A DNA stretch of 38,729 nucleotides from Chloroflexota bacterium (GTDB taxonomy: Bacteria > Chloroflexota > Limnocylindria > Limnocylindrales > CSP1-4): contig JADGQH010000002.1 of NCBI GenBank assembly GCA_017881985.1, positions 1 through 38,729 on the forward strand. The letters are read 5' to 3'. Made by a program: the position numbers and the translations under genes. The notes below the pieces were generated by a model. It saw only the letters and a program-made list of their open reading frames with translations, was not told the origin of the DNA and did not search any database. Positions within the stretch are counted from its first letter, which is position 1. The number at the start of each line of letters is the position of its first letter. Below, piece by piece: positions 1-9,320 of this stretch.

Positions 1-1040
1 GGGACGGCAGCGGTCGCCTGTTCGCGGTGGAGCAGGCAGGCACGATCCGCGTGATCCGGGATGGCCGGCTGCTGAGCCAGCCCTACCTCGACCTCCGGGA
101 CCGCGTCTCCTCGGGCGGTGAGCGCGGCCTGCTGGGACTTGCGTTCGCGCCGACTTTCGCGCGGGACGGCCGCTTCTTCGTTGACGCGACCGATCCCGAC
201 GGGAACACGTTCGTGGCCGAGTTCCGGGCGCCGAACCCGGCCGCGGACGTCGCTGCGGCAACGGACGTCGCTGCGGCAACGGACGTCGCAGCGGCAACGG
301 GGCGAGTCATCCTGCGGATCGCGCAGCCGTTCCCCAATCACAACGGCGGCGGGATAATCGCCCGCCCGGACGGCACCCTGTGGATCGGGACCGGTGACGG
401 TGGGTCGGGCGGCGACCCGCTGGGGAACGGTCAGGCCCGGACCACACTGCTCGGCAAGCTCCTGCGGATCGATCCGACCGCAGCCGGGGACGCCCCGTAT
501 ACGGTCCCCCGGGACAACCCGTTTGCGGGCCGATCCGATATCCGCGGGGAGATCTGGGCACTCGGCCTGCGGAACCCCTGGCGCTTCTCGTTCGACCGGG
601 CCACCGGAGATCTGTGGATCGGCGATGTCGGGCAGGACCGCTGGGAAGAGGTGGACCGCGTCCGCGCCGGCGACGCGAGCGGCCGCAACTTCGGGTGGAA
701 CGTGATGGAAGGCCGGCACTGCTTCTCCCCCGCCGAGGGCTGCCCCACGGCGGGCTTCACGCTCCCCGTCGCGGAGTACGACCACGGCCAGGGCTGCGCG
801 ATCACCGGCGGATTCGTCTACCGGGGGGCGGCGATCCCGGCGCTCGTCGGCACGTACCTGTACGCCGACTCGTGCTCGGGGCGCCTGTGGGGGCTCGACG
901 CGGCGGCTGAGGACCCCGAACCGCGGCTGCTCGCGAGCACCGGTGCCAGCATCGCCTCCTTCGGCGAGGACGATGCCGGCGAGCTGTACGTGACGGACAT
1001 CGTGGGCGGGACGATCTCGCGGATCGTCGCTGCACCGTAG
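1..1040 (+). CDS. PQQ-dependent sugar dehydrogenase (soluble glucose/sorbosone dehydrogenase family), 5' partial
   Basis: Track ORF 27..1040. The frame stays open to the window edge, and the upstream residues DGSGRLFAVEQAGTIRVI are typical of the family. Family-like motifs include HNGGG, LGLRNPWRFSFD, GDLWIGDVGQDRWEEVD and NFGWNVMEG. The N-terminus lies outside the window. Confidence 0.85.
   Translation, partial: DGSGRLFAVEQAGTIRVIRDGRLLSQPYLDLRDRVSSGGERGLLGLAFAPTFARDGRFFVDATDPDGNTFVAEFRAPNPAADVAAATDVAAATDVAAATGRVILRIAQPFPNHNGGGIIARPDGTLWIGTGDGGSGGDPLGNGQARTTLLGKLLRIDPTAAGDAPYTVPRDNPFAGRSDIRGEIWALGLRNPWRFSFDRATGDLWIGDVGQDRWEEVDRVRAGDASGRNFGWNVMEGRHCFSPAEGCPTAGFTLPVAEYDHGQGCAITGGFVYRGAAIPALVGTYLYADSCSGRLWGLDAAAEDPEPRLLASTGASIASFGEDDAGELYVTDIVGGTISRIVAAP
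243..300 (+). repeat. In-frame 18-bp tandem repeat, about 3.2 copies (acggacgtcgctgcggca), encoding (A/T)DVAAA x3
   Basis: Read directly. Copies lie at 243-260, 261-278 and 279-296, with single-base differences, followed by a partial copy acgg. The protein reads AADVAAATDVAAATDVAAATG. Confidence 0.9.
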
Positions 1041-1137
1041 CCCCGGGTCGCGGGTCCGTGGCCGGGGGCGAGCGGCGCCCCGGCATCGGCGCGGACGCGG
1101 CAGGCGAGCCGCACCGCCGGCCCGGACCGATTGCCGG

Positions 1138-1941
1138 TCAGGCGCGAAGCGTTCCCTCGACGCGGGTCACGGCCCGGCCGGCGACACCGACGCGGTCGCC
1201 GCGGAGAATGACGTCCACGACGCCGCCGCGATCCGACACCTGGAACGCCCTGAACGAATCGCCGAGGCGCGGCGCCCAGAACGCGGCAAGCGCGCAGTGG
1301 GCCGAGCCGGTCACCGGATCCTCGGGGATCCCGTCGGCCGGGCAGAAGTAGCGCGAGACGATCGCGGCGCCCGGCACGTCGGAGCGCGCCGTGGCGATGA
1401 GCCCGTTGGGGAGGGACAGCAGCCAGGCCTGGTCAGGCGCGAGTCCTCGAAGGTCGTCCGCCGACGTGAGCTCGACGAGCAGGTTCGTGGCGCCGCTGCC
1501 CACGAAGACCGGCTCGCAGCCGAGCGCAGTCTTCAGCCCCTCGGGCGGCTCGACCTCCCGGACCCGGTCGACCGGGAGATCCAGCTCGATCCGGCGGTCA
1601 GCGAGCCGGACGGACGAGAGCGCGCCGCTCCGCGTCAGGAAGCGCGCCGGCTCTCCCTCTGCCAGGCGGCCGCTCTCCCAGAGCACGTGGGCGCTCGCGA
1701 GGGTGGCATGACCGCACAGGTCCACCTCGACCGTCGGCGTGAACCAGCGGAGGTTCCACGATCCCGGGCCAGCCGGCCCGACGAATGCCGTCTCCGAGTG
1801 GCGCAGCTCCGCGGCGACCGCCTGGCGCCAGGCATCGTCGCGAGGCTCGTCGAGGAGCACCACCCCGGCCGGGTTGCCGGTGAACGGCGGCTCGGCGAAG
1901 GCGTCGACGATGAAGACGGGAAATCCTGCGGGAAGTGACAC
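1138..1941 (-). CDS. PhzF-family phenazine-biosynthesis-like isomerase
   Basis: Track ORF of 267 aa with a GTG start at 1941. Family-like motifs include FIVDAFAEPPFTGNPAGVV, SETAFV and RWFTPTVEVDLCGHATLASAHVL. Confidence 0.85.
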   Translation of the reverse strand: MSLPAGFPVFIVDAFAEPPFTGNPAGVVLLDEPRDDAWRQAVAAELRHSETAFVGPAGPGSWNLRWFTPTVEVDLCGHATLASAHVLWESGRLAEGEPARFLTRSGALSSVRLADRRIELDLPVDRVREVEPPEGLKTALGCEPVFVGSGATNLLVELTSADDLRGLAPDQAWLLSLPNGLIATARSDVPGAAIVSRYFCPADGIPEDPVTGSAHCALAAFWAPRLGDSFRAFQVSDRGGVVDVILRGDRVGVAGRAVTRVEGTLRA

Positions 1942-1964
1942 TCCCCGCAGGATAGCGGCGCTCC

Positions 1965-1984
1965 GGGCGTCAGTCGCGACGCCC
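1965..1984 (-). terminator. GC hairpin (gggcgtc / agtcgc / gacgccc) downstream of the SIMPL gene
   Basis: Perfect 7-bp stem with a 6-nt loop, 30 nt after the SIMPL stop. There is no U-tract, so the terminator function is only inferred. Confidence 0.3.
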
Positions 1985-2013
1985 CCGGGCGTCGGACGTG
2001 ACGTCGCCGGGGA

Positions 2014-2787
2014 TCAGTCGATGAGGTAGACGACGCTCACCGAGACGTCGACCTCGTTCGTGCCGACCTGGACGGGCGTTGACGGGGCGGCCGCATCCTT
2101 CGCCCCGCCTGCCGCGAAGTAGGGCGTCGGGACCGGGACCGACCCGGACTGCTCGCTGATCGACGAGACACCCGTGATCGAGACGCCGGCGGCCTTCGCG
2201 AGCGCATCCGCCTTGGCCCGTGCGTTCTTCATCGCCGCATCGCGCGCCTGCGCCTCGGGCGATGCCGGGTCGTCGACGCGGAACGTGATGCCGTCGAGCG
2301 TGGTGGCCCCGGCGGCGAGGGCGCCATCGATCACGTCGGAGATCGTGTCGAGCTTTCGAACGGTCGCGGAGACCGCATTCACGATCTGGTAGCCGGTGAG
2401 GCGCGGCGCGTTGCCGTTCGAGTAGTCGTAGACCGGCTGGAGGGAGAGCGATGTCGTCTGGATGTCCTTGTCGGCAATGCCGGTCTTCTTGAGCGCGGCG
2501 ATGACGCCAGCCATCGCGGTCGCTGCGGCCGACTGGGCATCGCGGACCTTGGTGCGCGTGAGCGTGACGCCGACGCGGACGTCGGCGACGTCCGGCGTGG
2601 TGGTGACGCGCCCGATGCCGCTCACGCTGATCGTGTGCTCGGGCGTGGTGGTCGTGCCGTCGACGGCGCGGGCGGGCCGCATCGCAAGGGCCGGGCCGAA
2701 CGCGACGGCGAGGGCGAGACCGGCGAACGCCCCGACGGCGAGCCAGCCGAGGCGGGGTCGGGCCGTGGAACCGGTGAGCGAGGTCAT
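2014..2787 (-). CDS. SIMPL-domain (DUF541) periplasmic/secreted protein with N-terminal membrane anchor
   Basis: These are the last 257 aa of track ORF 2014..4887. ATG at 2787 is preceded by AAGGAG 7 nt upstream. A hydrophobic anchor (LGWLAVGAFAGLALAVAF) is followed by a SIMPL-like body (ISVSGIG...VRVGV...QTTSLSLQPVYDY...GYQIVNAVSATVRKLD). Confidence 0.85.
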   Translation of the reverse strand: MTSLTGSTARPRLGWLAVGAFAGLALAVAFGPALAMRPARAVDGTTTTPEHTISVSGIGRVTTTPDVADVRVGVTLTRTKVRDAQSAAATAMAGVIAALKKTGIADKDIQTTSLSLQPVYDYSNGNAPRLTGYQIVNAVSATVRKLDTISDVIDGALAAGATTLDGITFRVDDPASPEAQARDAAMKNARAKADALAKAAGVSITGVSSISEQSGSVPVPTPYFAAGGAKDAAAPSTPVQVGTNEVDVSVSVVYLID

Positions 2788-2942
2788 GGAGGGGCTCCTT
2801 CGGGCGGGCTGCCAGGGTGGCAGGCGGCGGGTCCGGACCCCTGACGCACACGAGCGTCGATCGGTTCCGCGGGCGATATCGCGGCCGAGTGTCGCGAACC
2901 CACCGCCGACCGGCCACGGCCCTCCGCGACGTGAACCCCTCG

Positions 2943-5624
2943 TCAGAAGGCGAGCGGGTCCATCTTCTCCGGGTCGATGCCGAGCGCCTCGATCGCGGCG
3001 GCCACGTCGGCCGCGGCAAGCTCGCCGCACCGTGCGAGCGCGGTCAGCGCCGCCAGCGCGACGCTCGCGGCGTCGATCTCGAAGAGCGCCCGGAGCGCCT
3101 CGCGCGTGTCGCTGCGCCCGAAGCCCTCGGTCCCGAGGGAGACGTAGCCGGCGGGCAGCCAGCGGCCCAGCAGGTCCGGGAGCGCCTTCAGCCAGTCCGA
3201 GACGAGCACGACCGGACCGCCCTCCGGCCCCAGCACCTGCGACACGTACGGGGTCCGCGGCGGCTCGGTCGGGTGGAGCCGGCTCCAGCGCTCGGCCTCG
3301 AGCGCGTCGACGCGGAGCTGCTGCCAGGACGTCGCGCTGTAGACCTCGGCCGCGATCCCGAAGCGCTCGGCGAGGAGGGCGCGTGCGGCCACCGCCTGCT
3401 GGAGGATCGCTCCGGAGCCGACGAGCCGGACCCGTCCCTTCGCGCCACCGTCGACGTCGGGCGCGGCGAGGACCCGGTAGATCCCGCGCACGATCCCCTC
3501 GCCGACGCCGTCGGGCGCGGCCGGCATCGCGTAGTTCTCGTTGTAGAGCGTGACGTAGTAGTAGACATCCTCGCCCCGCCCGTACATCCGCTCGATCCCG
3601 TCGCGGATGATGACCGCCAGCTCGTACGCATACGCCGGGTCGTAGGCGCGGATGCTCGGGACGGTGGACGCGAGGAGCTGGCTGTGCCCGTCCTCGTGCT
3701 GGAGGCCCTCGCCGTTCAGGCTGGTCCGGCCGGCGGTCGCCCCGAGCATGAAGCCACGGCCGCGCGCGTCGGCCAGCGCCCAGGCCTGGTCGCCGGTCCG
3801 CTGGAACCCGAACATCGAGTAGAAGATGTAGAAGGGCAGCATCGGCTCGCCGTGCGTCGCGTACGACGTGGCAGCCGCCTGGAGGGACGCCATCGAGCCG
3901 GCCTCGGTGATCCCCTCCTCCAGCACCTGGCCGTCCTTCGCCTCGCGATAGGAGAGCACCAGCTCCGAGTCGACCGGCTCGTAGTGCTGGCCCCCGCTGG
4001 CGTAGATCCCGACCTCCTTGAAGAGCGGATCCATGCCGAACGTGCGCGCCTCGTCCGGGATGATCGGGACGACCCGCTTGCCGAAGCCCGGGTCGCGCAT
4101 CAGGTTCCGCAGGAGCTTGGCGAAGACCATGGTGGTGCTCACGGCGGTCGTCGAGCCGGCCGCGAACTCGCGGTCGGTCTCCGGCGCCGGGGCCGGCAAC
4201 GGCCGGCTCCGCACGATCCGCTTCGGGAGCCCGCCGCCGAGCGCGCGCCTGCGCTCCATCAGGTAGCGCATCTCCTCGGACTCGGGGCCCGGGTGGTAGT
4301 AGGGGGCTTCGGCGAGCTGCTCGTCGGGGATCGGGAGCTCCAGCCGATCGCGGAAGATCCGCAGCTCCGCCTCGGACAGCTTCTTCGCCTGGTGGGTGAT
4401 GTTGCGCCCTTCGACGCTCGAGCCGAGCGTCCAGCCCTTGATCGTCTTGGCCAGGATCACCGTCGGCGCGCCCTGGAACTCGGTCGCCAGCTTGTACGCC
4501 GCGTAGAGCTTGCGGTAATCGTGGCCGCCCCGGCGCAGCCGCGTCAGGTCGTCGTCGGAGAGGTGCTCCACCAACCGGCCCAGGCGCGGGTCGGGACCGA
4601 AGAAGTGCGAGCGGATGTAGGCACCGCCCGCCACGGAGTACTTCTGGAACTCGCCGTCGACGGTCTCGTTCATCTTGTTGACGAGCGTCCCGTCCGTGTC
4701 GCGGGCCAGCAGGTCGTCCCATTCGCGACCCCAGATCACCTTGACCACGTTCCAGCCGGCGCCGCGGAAGATGCCCTCCAGCTCCTGGATGATCTTGCCG
4801 TTGCCGCGGACCGGGCCGTCGAGCCGCTGCAGGTTGCAGTTGACGACGAACGTCAGGTTGTCGAGGCGCTCGCGACCGGCCACCCACAGCGCGCCGAGCG
4901 CTTCCGGCTCGTCCATCTCGCCGTCGCCGAGGAATGCCCAGACGCGCGAGTCGCTGGTGTCCGCGATGCCGCGGTGGAGCAGGTAGCGGTTGAAGCGCGC
5001 CTGGTAGATCGCCGCGATCGGTCCGAGGCCCATGCTGACGGTCGGGAACTCCCAGAAGTCGGGCATCAGGCGCGGGTGCGGGTACGACGAGAGACCCTGT
5101 CCCGGGCGCACCTCGCGCCGGAAGTGGTCGAGCTGGGAGGCGCTCAGGCGCCCTTCCAGGAAGGCCCGCGCGTACATCCCCGGCGCCGCGTGGCCCTGGT
5201 AGAAGATCTGGTCGCCCGAGCCGTCGTCCTTGCCGTGAAAGAACCAGTTGAAGGCAACCTCGTACAGGCTCGCGGAGCTGGCGTAGGTGGAGAGGTGGCC
5301 GCCGATCCCCGGCGAGGCGATGTTGGCCCGGAGGACCATCGCAACGGCGTTCCAGCGGACGAGGCGCCGGATGCGCCGCTCGATCGCCTCGTCGCCGGGG
5401 AAGTAGGGCTCCTGCTCCGGGCTGATCGTGTTGATGTAGCGGGTCTGGGTCAGCGGCGGCAGCCCGATGTGGGTCTGGCGCGCCCGCTTGAGGAGCTTGT
5501 ACATGACGAAGCGGGCGCGATCGGCGCCCTCCTGCTCGACGAGGTCGTCGAACGAGGCGATCCAGTCCCGGGTCTCGTCCGGATCCACGTCCGGCAGCTG
5601 GTGCTTGAACTCGTCCGAGTACAT
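2943..5624 (-). CDS. aceE: Pyruvate dehydrogenase E1 component, homodimeric type
   Basis: Track ORF 2943..5696. I place the start at ATG 5624 (MYSDEFKHQLPDVDPDETRDWIASFDDL), preceded by AGGAG 8 nt upstream. This gives about 893 aa with AceE-like sequence throughout (GGHLSTYASSASLYEV, GDGEMDEPE, TVILAKTIKGW). Confidence 0.93.
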   Translation of the reverse strand: MYSDEFKHQLPDVDPDETRDWIASFDDLVEQEGADRARFVMYKLLKRARQTHIGLPPLTQTRYINTISPEQEPYFPGDEAIERRIRRLVRWNAVAMVLRANIASPGIGGHLSTYASSASLYEVAFNWFFHGKDDGSGDQIFYQGHAAPGMYARAFLEGRLSASQLDHFRREVRPGQGLSSYPHPRLMPDFWEFPTVSMGLGPIAAIYQARFNRYLLHRGIADTSDSRVWAFLGDGEMDEPEALGALWVAGRERLDNLTFVVNCNLQRLDGPVRGNGKIIQELEGIFRGAGWNVVKVIWGREWDDLLARDTDGTLVNKMNETVDGEFQKYSVAGGAYIRSHFFGPDPRLGRLVEHLSDDDLTRLRRGGHDYRKLYAAYKLATEFQGAPTVILAKTIKGWTLGSSVEGRNITHQAKKLSEAELRIFRDRLELPIPDEQLAEAPYYHPGPESEEMRYLMERRRALGGGLPKRIVRSRPLPAPAPETDREFAAGSTTAVSTTMVFAKLLRNLMRDPGFGKRVVPIIPDEARTFGMDPLFKEVGIYASGGQHYEPVDSELVLSYREAKDGQVLEEGITEAGSMASLQAAATSYATHGEPMLPFYIFYSMFGFQRTGDQAWALADARGRGFMLGATAGRTSLNGEGLQHEDGHSQLLASTVPSIRAYDPAYAYELAVIIRDGIERMYGRGEDVYYYVTLYNENYAMPAAPDGVGEGIVRGIYRVLAAPDVDGGAKGRVRLVGSGAILQQAVAARALLAERFGIAAEVYSATSWQQLRVDALEAERWSRLHPTEPPRTPYVSQVLGPEGGPVVLVSDWLKALPDLLGRWLPAGYVSLGTEGFGRSDTREALRALFEIDAASVALAALTALARCGELAAADVAAAIEALGIDPEKMDPLAF

Positions 5625-5775
5625 GACGGGAACTCCTGGCGTGAGACGCGGGTCAGGCTGCGCCGGGCCGCGGGCGGGCGGTCGCGCGCGCCTCACGGGG
5701 CTCGGGACGGAAGCGGGCCGACATTGCCCGGAGCGTAGCCCATCCCGCGACCGGACGCCCGCTCAACCGCTGGGG

Positions 5776-5781
5776 TAGAGT
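5776..5781 (+). promoter_or_regulatory. Candidate -10 box TAGAGT, 6 nt upstream of the pncA ATG (leaderless-type arrangement)
   Basis: The sequence reads ggggTAGAGTcgggccATG. It matches TANNNT, there is no Shine-Dalgarno sequence, and the spacing fits a transcription start at or next to the start codon. Confidence 0.3.
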
Positions 5782-5787
5782 CGGGCC

Positions 5788-6450
5788 ATGCAGCCGGACT
5801 ACGATGCGACGACCGCGCTCATCGTCGTGGACGTCCAGAACGACTTCGCTGACCCGGCCGGCAGCCTGAGCGTCGCCGGCGGCGATGGGATCGTTCCGTA
5901 CCTCAACGCCCAGATCGCCGCGGCGCTCGACGCCGCCGCCTTCGTCGCGTACACGCAGGACTGGCATCCGCCGTCCACCCCGCATTTCGTCACATCAGGT
6001 GGCCCGTGGCCCGTCCACTGCGTCGCCGGGACCTGGGGTGCCGCGCTCCACCCGGCGCTGACGCCGGACGCGGGACCGTCCGTCCGGAAGGGCGCGAACG
6101 GCGAGGACGGCTACTCCGGCTTCTCGATGCGCGATCCGGGCGCCGGGGACCTCGTGCCGACCGAGCTCGCCGGGCTGCTGCGGGCGCATGGGACCCGCAG
6201 GGTCGTCGTGTGCGGGCTCGCCACCGACTACTGCGTCCGCGACACCGCCCTCGATGCACTCGCCCTCGGGTATCCGACGAGCGTGCTCGTCGCGGGGGTC
6301 CGTGCGGTGGACCTGCGACCGGGCGACGGTGACGCGGCCCTCGCCCGCCTCGTCGCGGCCGGCGCCACGCTCGTCCCGCCGACGGCCACCTCGACGACCG
6401 CGATTGGTGTATCGCCGGCCGCCTCGACCGCCCCGGAGCCCGTGGCATGA
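5788..6450 (+). CDS. pncA: Nicotinamidase/pyrazinamidase (isochorismatase family)
   Basis: Track ORF of 220 aa. It has VVDVQNDF (catalytic Asp), QDWHPPSTPHF (metal site), HCVAGTWGA, and GLATDYCV (catalytic Cys). Confidence 0.85.
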   Translation: MQPDYDATTALIVVDVQNDFADPAGSLSVAGGDGIVPYLNAQIAAALDAAAFVAYTQDWHPPSTPHFVTSGGPWPVHCVAGTWGAALHPALTPDAGPSVRKGANGEDGYSGFSMRDPGAGDLVPTELAGLLRAHGTRRVVVCGLATDYCVRDTALDALALGYPTSVLVAGVRAVDLRPGDGDAALARLVAAGATLVPPTATSTTAIGVSPAASTAPEPVA

Positions 6451-7025
6451 CCCGCCTGCGGGACCTGGCGTTCCTCGCGGTGGCGGGCGTGGGTGCCGCC
6501 GTGACCGCCGAGCGCTGGCTGGGGTCGATCATCGCTTCCGGCGACGGGCCGGACCCGACCATGAAGATGGTGATCGCGATCGACGCGCCGATCGAGACCG
6601 TCTGGGAGGCGATCTCGGACATCGAGCGCCAGCCGCTCTGGATGCGCGAGATGAAGTCGGTGCGGCTGCTCACCCCGGGCCCGGTGGGAGTCGGGACGCG
6701 CGGCGAGGCGGACGTGCGGATCTTCCTGATCGGCGTCGTGGATCCGGTCGAGATCGACCAGTACGAGCCGCCGGTGGCCTTCGGCATCCGGCACGTCGGC
6801 GTCTTCGCGGGGTCCGGGCGGATCAGGCTCGAGGCGCTGGACGCGCGCCGCACGCTCGTGCGCTGGGACGAGCGGCTGATCCCGCCCGCCTTCCCGAACA
6901 TCGGCCAGATCCTCCAGAAGCCAATCCTGGGCGCGATCTTCCAGGCCGACCTCGAGCGGCTCAAGGAGATGGTCGAGGCGCGCCATGCCGAAGCGATCGG
7001 CGGCACGGGAGCCGACGCCGGCTGA
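6447..7025 (+). CDS. SRPBCC-family (polyketide cyclase/dehydrase-like) protein
   Basis: Track ORF of 192 aa with an ATGA overlap on the pncA stop. It contains an IAIDAPIETVWEAISDIERQPLWM type START/SRPBCC N-terminal strand. An alternative start at MKMVIAID is possible. Confidence 0.75.
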   Translation: MTRLRDLAFLAVAGVGAAVTAERWLGSIIASGDGPDPTMKMVIAIDAPIETVWEAISDIERQPLWMREMKSVRLLTPGPVGVGTRGEADVRIFLIGVVDPVEIDQYEPPVAFGIRHVGVFAGSGRIRLEALDARRTLVRWDERLIPPAFPNIGQILQKPILGAIFQADLERLKEMVEARHAEAIGGTGADAG

Positions 7026-7107
7026 CCGGACCCGGAGCGGGCCGGCGGGCCGCGCGCGCTCCGCCCCTCCCCCACCCCGTCACCAACCCCGCAACGGAGG
7101 GTCGCCG

Positions 7108-7998
7108 ATGGAGCTCCACCTCGTCGACGCGACGTACGAGCTCTTCCGGGCCCACCACGCTCCGCGCCCGCCGGTCCGCGGCCGCGACGGGATGCCGCTG
7201 ACCGCCGTCGCCGGCCTCTCCGGGACGCTGCTCGCGCTGGTGCGCGACGAGGGCGCCACACACGTCGGCTGCGCCCACGACCGGGTGATCCGCTCGTTCC
7301 GTAACGACCGCTGGCCCGGCTACAAGAGCGAGGTCGGCGTCCCGGCGGAGCTGCTCGCCCAGTTCCCGGTTGCCGAGGAGGCGATCCGGGCGCTCGGGTT
7401 CGTGCTCTGGCCGATGGTCGAGTGGGAGGCCGACGACGCGCTCGCGACCGCCGCCGTTCAGTGGGCGGACGCGCCCGGGGTGAGCCGGATCCTCGTCTGC
7501 ACGCCGGACAAGGACCTGGCCCAGGTGGTCCGCGCTGGCCGCGTCGTGCTGCGCGACCGGCGGCGCGACATCACGTATGACGAGGCCGGCGTGCGGGCCA
7601 AGTGGGGCGTGCCGCCGTCGGCGATCCCCGACTACCTGGCGCTCGTGGGCGACGCCGCGGACGGCTTCCCCGGCATCGCCGGCTTCGGGTCGAAGGGCGC
7701 CGCGGCGCTGCTCACCGCCTTCGGGACGCTCGAGGGGATCAGGGATGCAGCCGTCGGGACGTGGCCATCCTCCGTCCGGGGCGCGGAACGGATGGCGGCG
7801 ACGCTCCGCGACCGCTGGCCGGACGCCCTCCTCTTCCGCGACCTGGCGACGCTTCGCATCGACGTTCCGCTCGACACGCACGGCCCGGACGCGCTGCGCT
7901 GGGAGGGCGCGGACCCAGAAGCCTGGCCGGCATTCTGCGAGCGCTGGGGGCTGCCCGGCCTTTCCGGACGACCGCACCGCTGGCGGCCGGCCGCCTGA
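7108..7998 (+). CDS. Stand-alone 5'-3' exonuclease (FEN / Pol I N-terminal domain-like)
   Basis: Track ORF 6985..7998. ATG 7108 (MELHLVDATYELFRAHH) is preceded by GGAGG 7 nt upstream. Motifs include PGYKSE, EADDALATAA, TPDKDLAQVV and the H3TH motif IPDYLALVGDAADGFPGIAGFGSKGAAALL. Confidence 0.85.
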   Translation: MELHLVDATYELFRAHHAPRPPVRGRDGMPLTAVAGLSGTLLALVRDEGATHVGCAHDRVIRSFRNDRWPGYKSEVGVPAELLAQFPVAEEAIRALGFVLWPMVEWEADDALATAAVQWADAPGVSRILVCTPDKDLAQVVRAGRVVLRDRRRDITYDEAGVRAKWGVPPSAIPDYLALVGDAADGFPGIAGFGSKGAAALLTAFGTLEGIRDAAVGTWPSSVRGAERMAATLRDRWPDALLFRDLATLRIDVPLDTHGPDALRWEGADPEAWPAFCERWGLPGLSGRPHRWRPAA

Positions 7999-8019
7999 GC
8001 TCCCGGCCGCACGCCGACG

Positions 8020-8838
8020 CTACCCCTCGCGGAGGAGCTCGAGCAGACGGGCGTGGTGGAGCGCGGGTGCGGCGAGGACGCCCATGCCGCGGGTCGGCGC
8101 GGCGAGGTCGAACCACGGCCCGCCGTCGAGGTCCGTCACGCGGGCGCCGGCCCGCTCCGCGATGAACCCGGCCGCGGCGACGTCCCACGCGGAGAGCCCG
8201 ATCGACTGGCAGAACGCGTCGAAGCGCCCATTCGCGACGTAGGAGAGCGAGAGCGCCGCCGAGCCCATCGTGCGCGACACCCGGATCTCGCGACGAACCC
8301 GGGCGATCCGCCGGGCACGGGCGCGGCCGCCGATGTTGAGCGACATCACCACGTCGGACAGGCGCTCCTTGGCCGAGACACGGACCGGGCGGTGGTCGAG
8401 CGTCGCGGGGCCATCGGCGGCGGCCGCGAGCGTCTCGCCACGCAGCGGATCGTGGACGGCACCCACGACGGGCCGGCCATCGACGACGAGCGCGAGCGAG
8501 ACGCAGAAGAACGGCAGGCCGTTGGCGAAGTTGATCGTGCCGTCGACCGGGTCGCAGACCCAGACCCGCGCCGCGACCGTCGCGTCGCGGCCGGATTCCT
8601 CGCCGTAGAACGCATCGTCGGGGAAGCGTTCGGCCAGGCCGGCCCGGACGAGCGCCTCGGCGGCATGGTCCACCTCGGTCACGATGTCGTGGGCGCCCTT
8701 GTACGCGACCGGGCCGCTGTCCTCGTAGCGGGCGGCGACGAGCCTGCCGGCCGACTCCACGAGCTCGACAGCGACGGCGAGCTCCGGGCTCCAGCGAACC
8801 GTCGCGGGCGTGTCGCCGCTGCGCGACCCGGGGTTCAC
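8020..8838 (-). CDS. Inositol monophosphatase family protein (SuhB/HisN-like)
   Basis: This is the C-terminal part of track ORF 8020..9222. GTG 8838 overlaps the upstream gene stop (GTGA). Motifs include YGEESG, VCDPVDGTINFANGLPFFCVSLAL and SAALSLSYVANGRFDAF. Confidence 0.85.
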   Translation of the reverse strand: MNPGSRSGDTPATVRWSPELAVAVELVESAGRLVAARYEDSGPVAYKGAHDIVTEVDHAAEALVRAGLAERFPDDAFYGEESGRDATVAARVWVCDPVDGTINFANGLPFFCVSLALVVDGRPVVGAVHDPLRGETLAAAADGPATLDHRPVRVSAKERLSDVVMSLNIGGRARARRIARVRREIRVSRTMGSAALSLSYVANGRFDAFCQSIGLSAWDVAAAGFIAERAGARVTDLDGGPWFDLAAPTRGMGVLAAPALHHARLLELLREG

Positions 8839-9320
8839 CGGGAGCAGTCCACGGCGAACGTCCGGGCGTCGGTCCCCAGGTCGACCACGCGCTGCGTGAA
8901 CGTCAGCGTCTGGCCGGCGGCGATCGACGGGGTCCTGACGTACGTCTCGACGGGCGGGTTGCCCAGGTACGCCGGATCCCAGACGCGGCAGGTCGCCTGC
9001 CCGTCTCGTCGGCCGGCATTCGCGACGGCGAGGGTCAGCACGATCCCTCCGTCGGCCGGCGTCGCCGAGACCAGGCGCCCGTCGAACGGGCCCACCCCCC
9101 CGACGAAGATCGTGGCCGCGACGAGCATCGCCACGACCGCGAGCGCGATCCCCGCGAACACGGTCCCGTGCGCCTGCGACGCGGCCGGCTGCTCGAGCCC
9201 CGCCGGGTTGCACGCGGCGCACAGGGCGTCCGCGAGCGGGATGCGCGCGCCGCAGCGGAGGCAGCCGTGGGTCGGGGCGAGATCGACAGCGGGCACGGGC
9301 ATGGGCGTCCCCGTCGTCAC
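8835..9320 (-). CDS. Hypothetical membrane protein with N-terminal CxxC...CxxC zinc ribbon, one TM helix and an extracytoplasmic domain
   Basis: Track ORF of 161 aa. It reads GCLRCGARIPLADALCAACN, then the TM helix GTVFAGIALAVVAMLVAATIFVGGV. The GTG start overlaps the LLM stop (GTGA) and its own stop overlaps the IMPase start. I recognise no family. Confidence 0.6.
   Translation of the reverse strand: MTTGTPMPVPAVDLAPTHGCLRCGARIPLADALCAACNPAGLEQPAASQAHGTVFAGIALAVVAMLVAATIFVGGVGPFDGRLVSATPADGGIVLTLAVANAGRRDGQATCRVWDPAYLGNPPVETYVRTPSIAAGQTLTFTQRVVDLGTDARTFAVDCSR

Noticed and set aside
2014-4887. 957-aa minus-strand ORF suggesting a giant protein
   Set aside because: Only the last 257 aa (SIMPL domain, with its own RBS and ATG at 2787) look like a real protein. 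The upstream part is an out-of-frame read-through across aceE.
2817-5738. 973-aa ORF on the plus strand, antisense to aceE
   Set aside because: The translation is Arg/Gly/Pro/Ala-rich low complexity with no family resemblance. The opposite strand encodes an unmistakable AceE. Long antisense ORFs are expected at this GC content.
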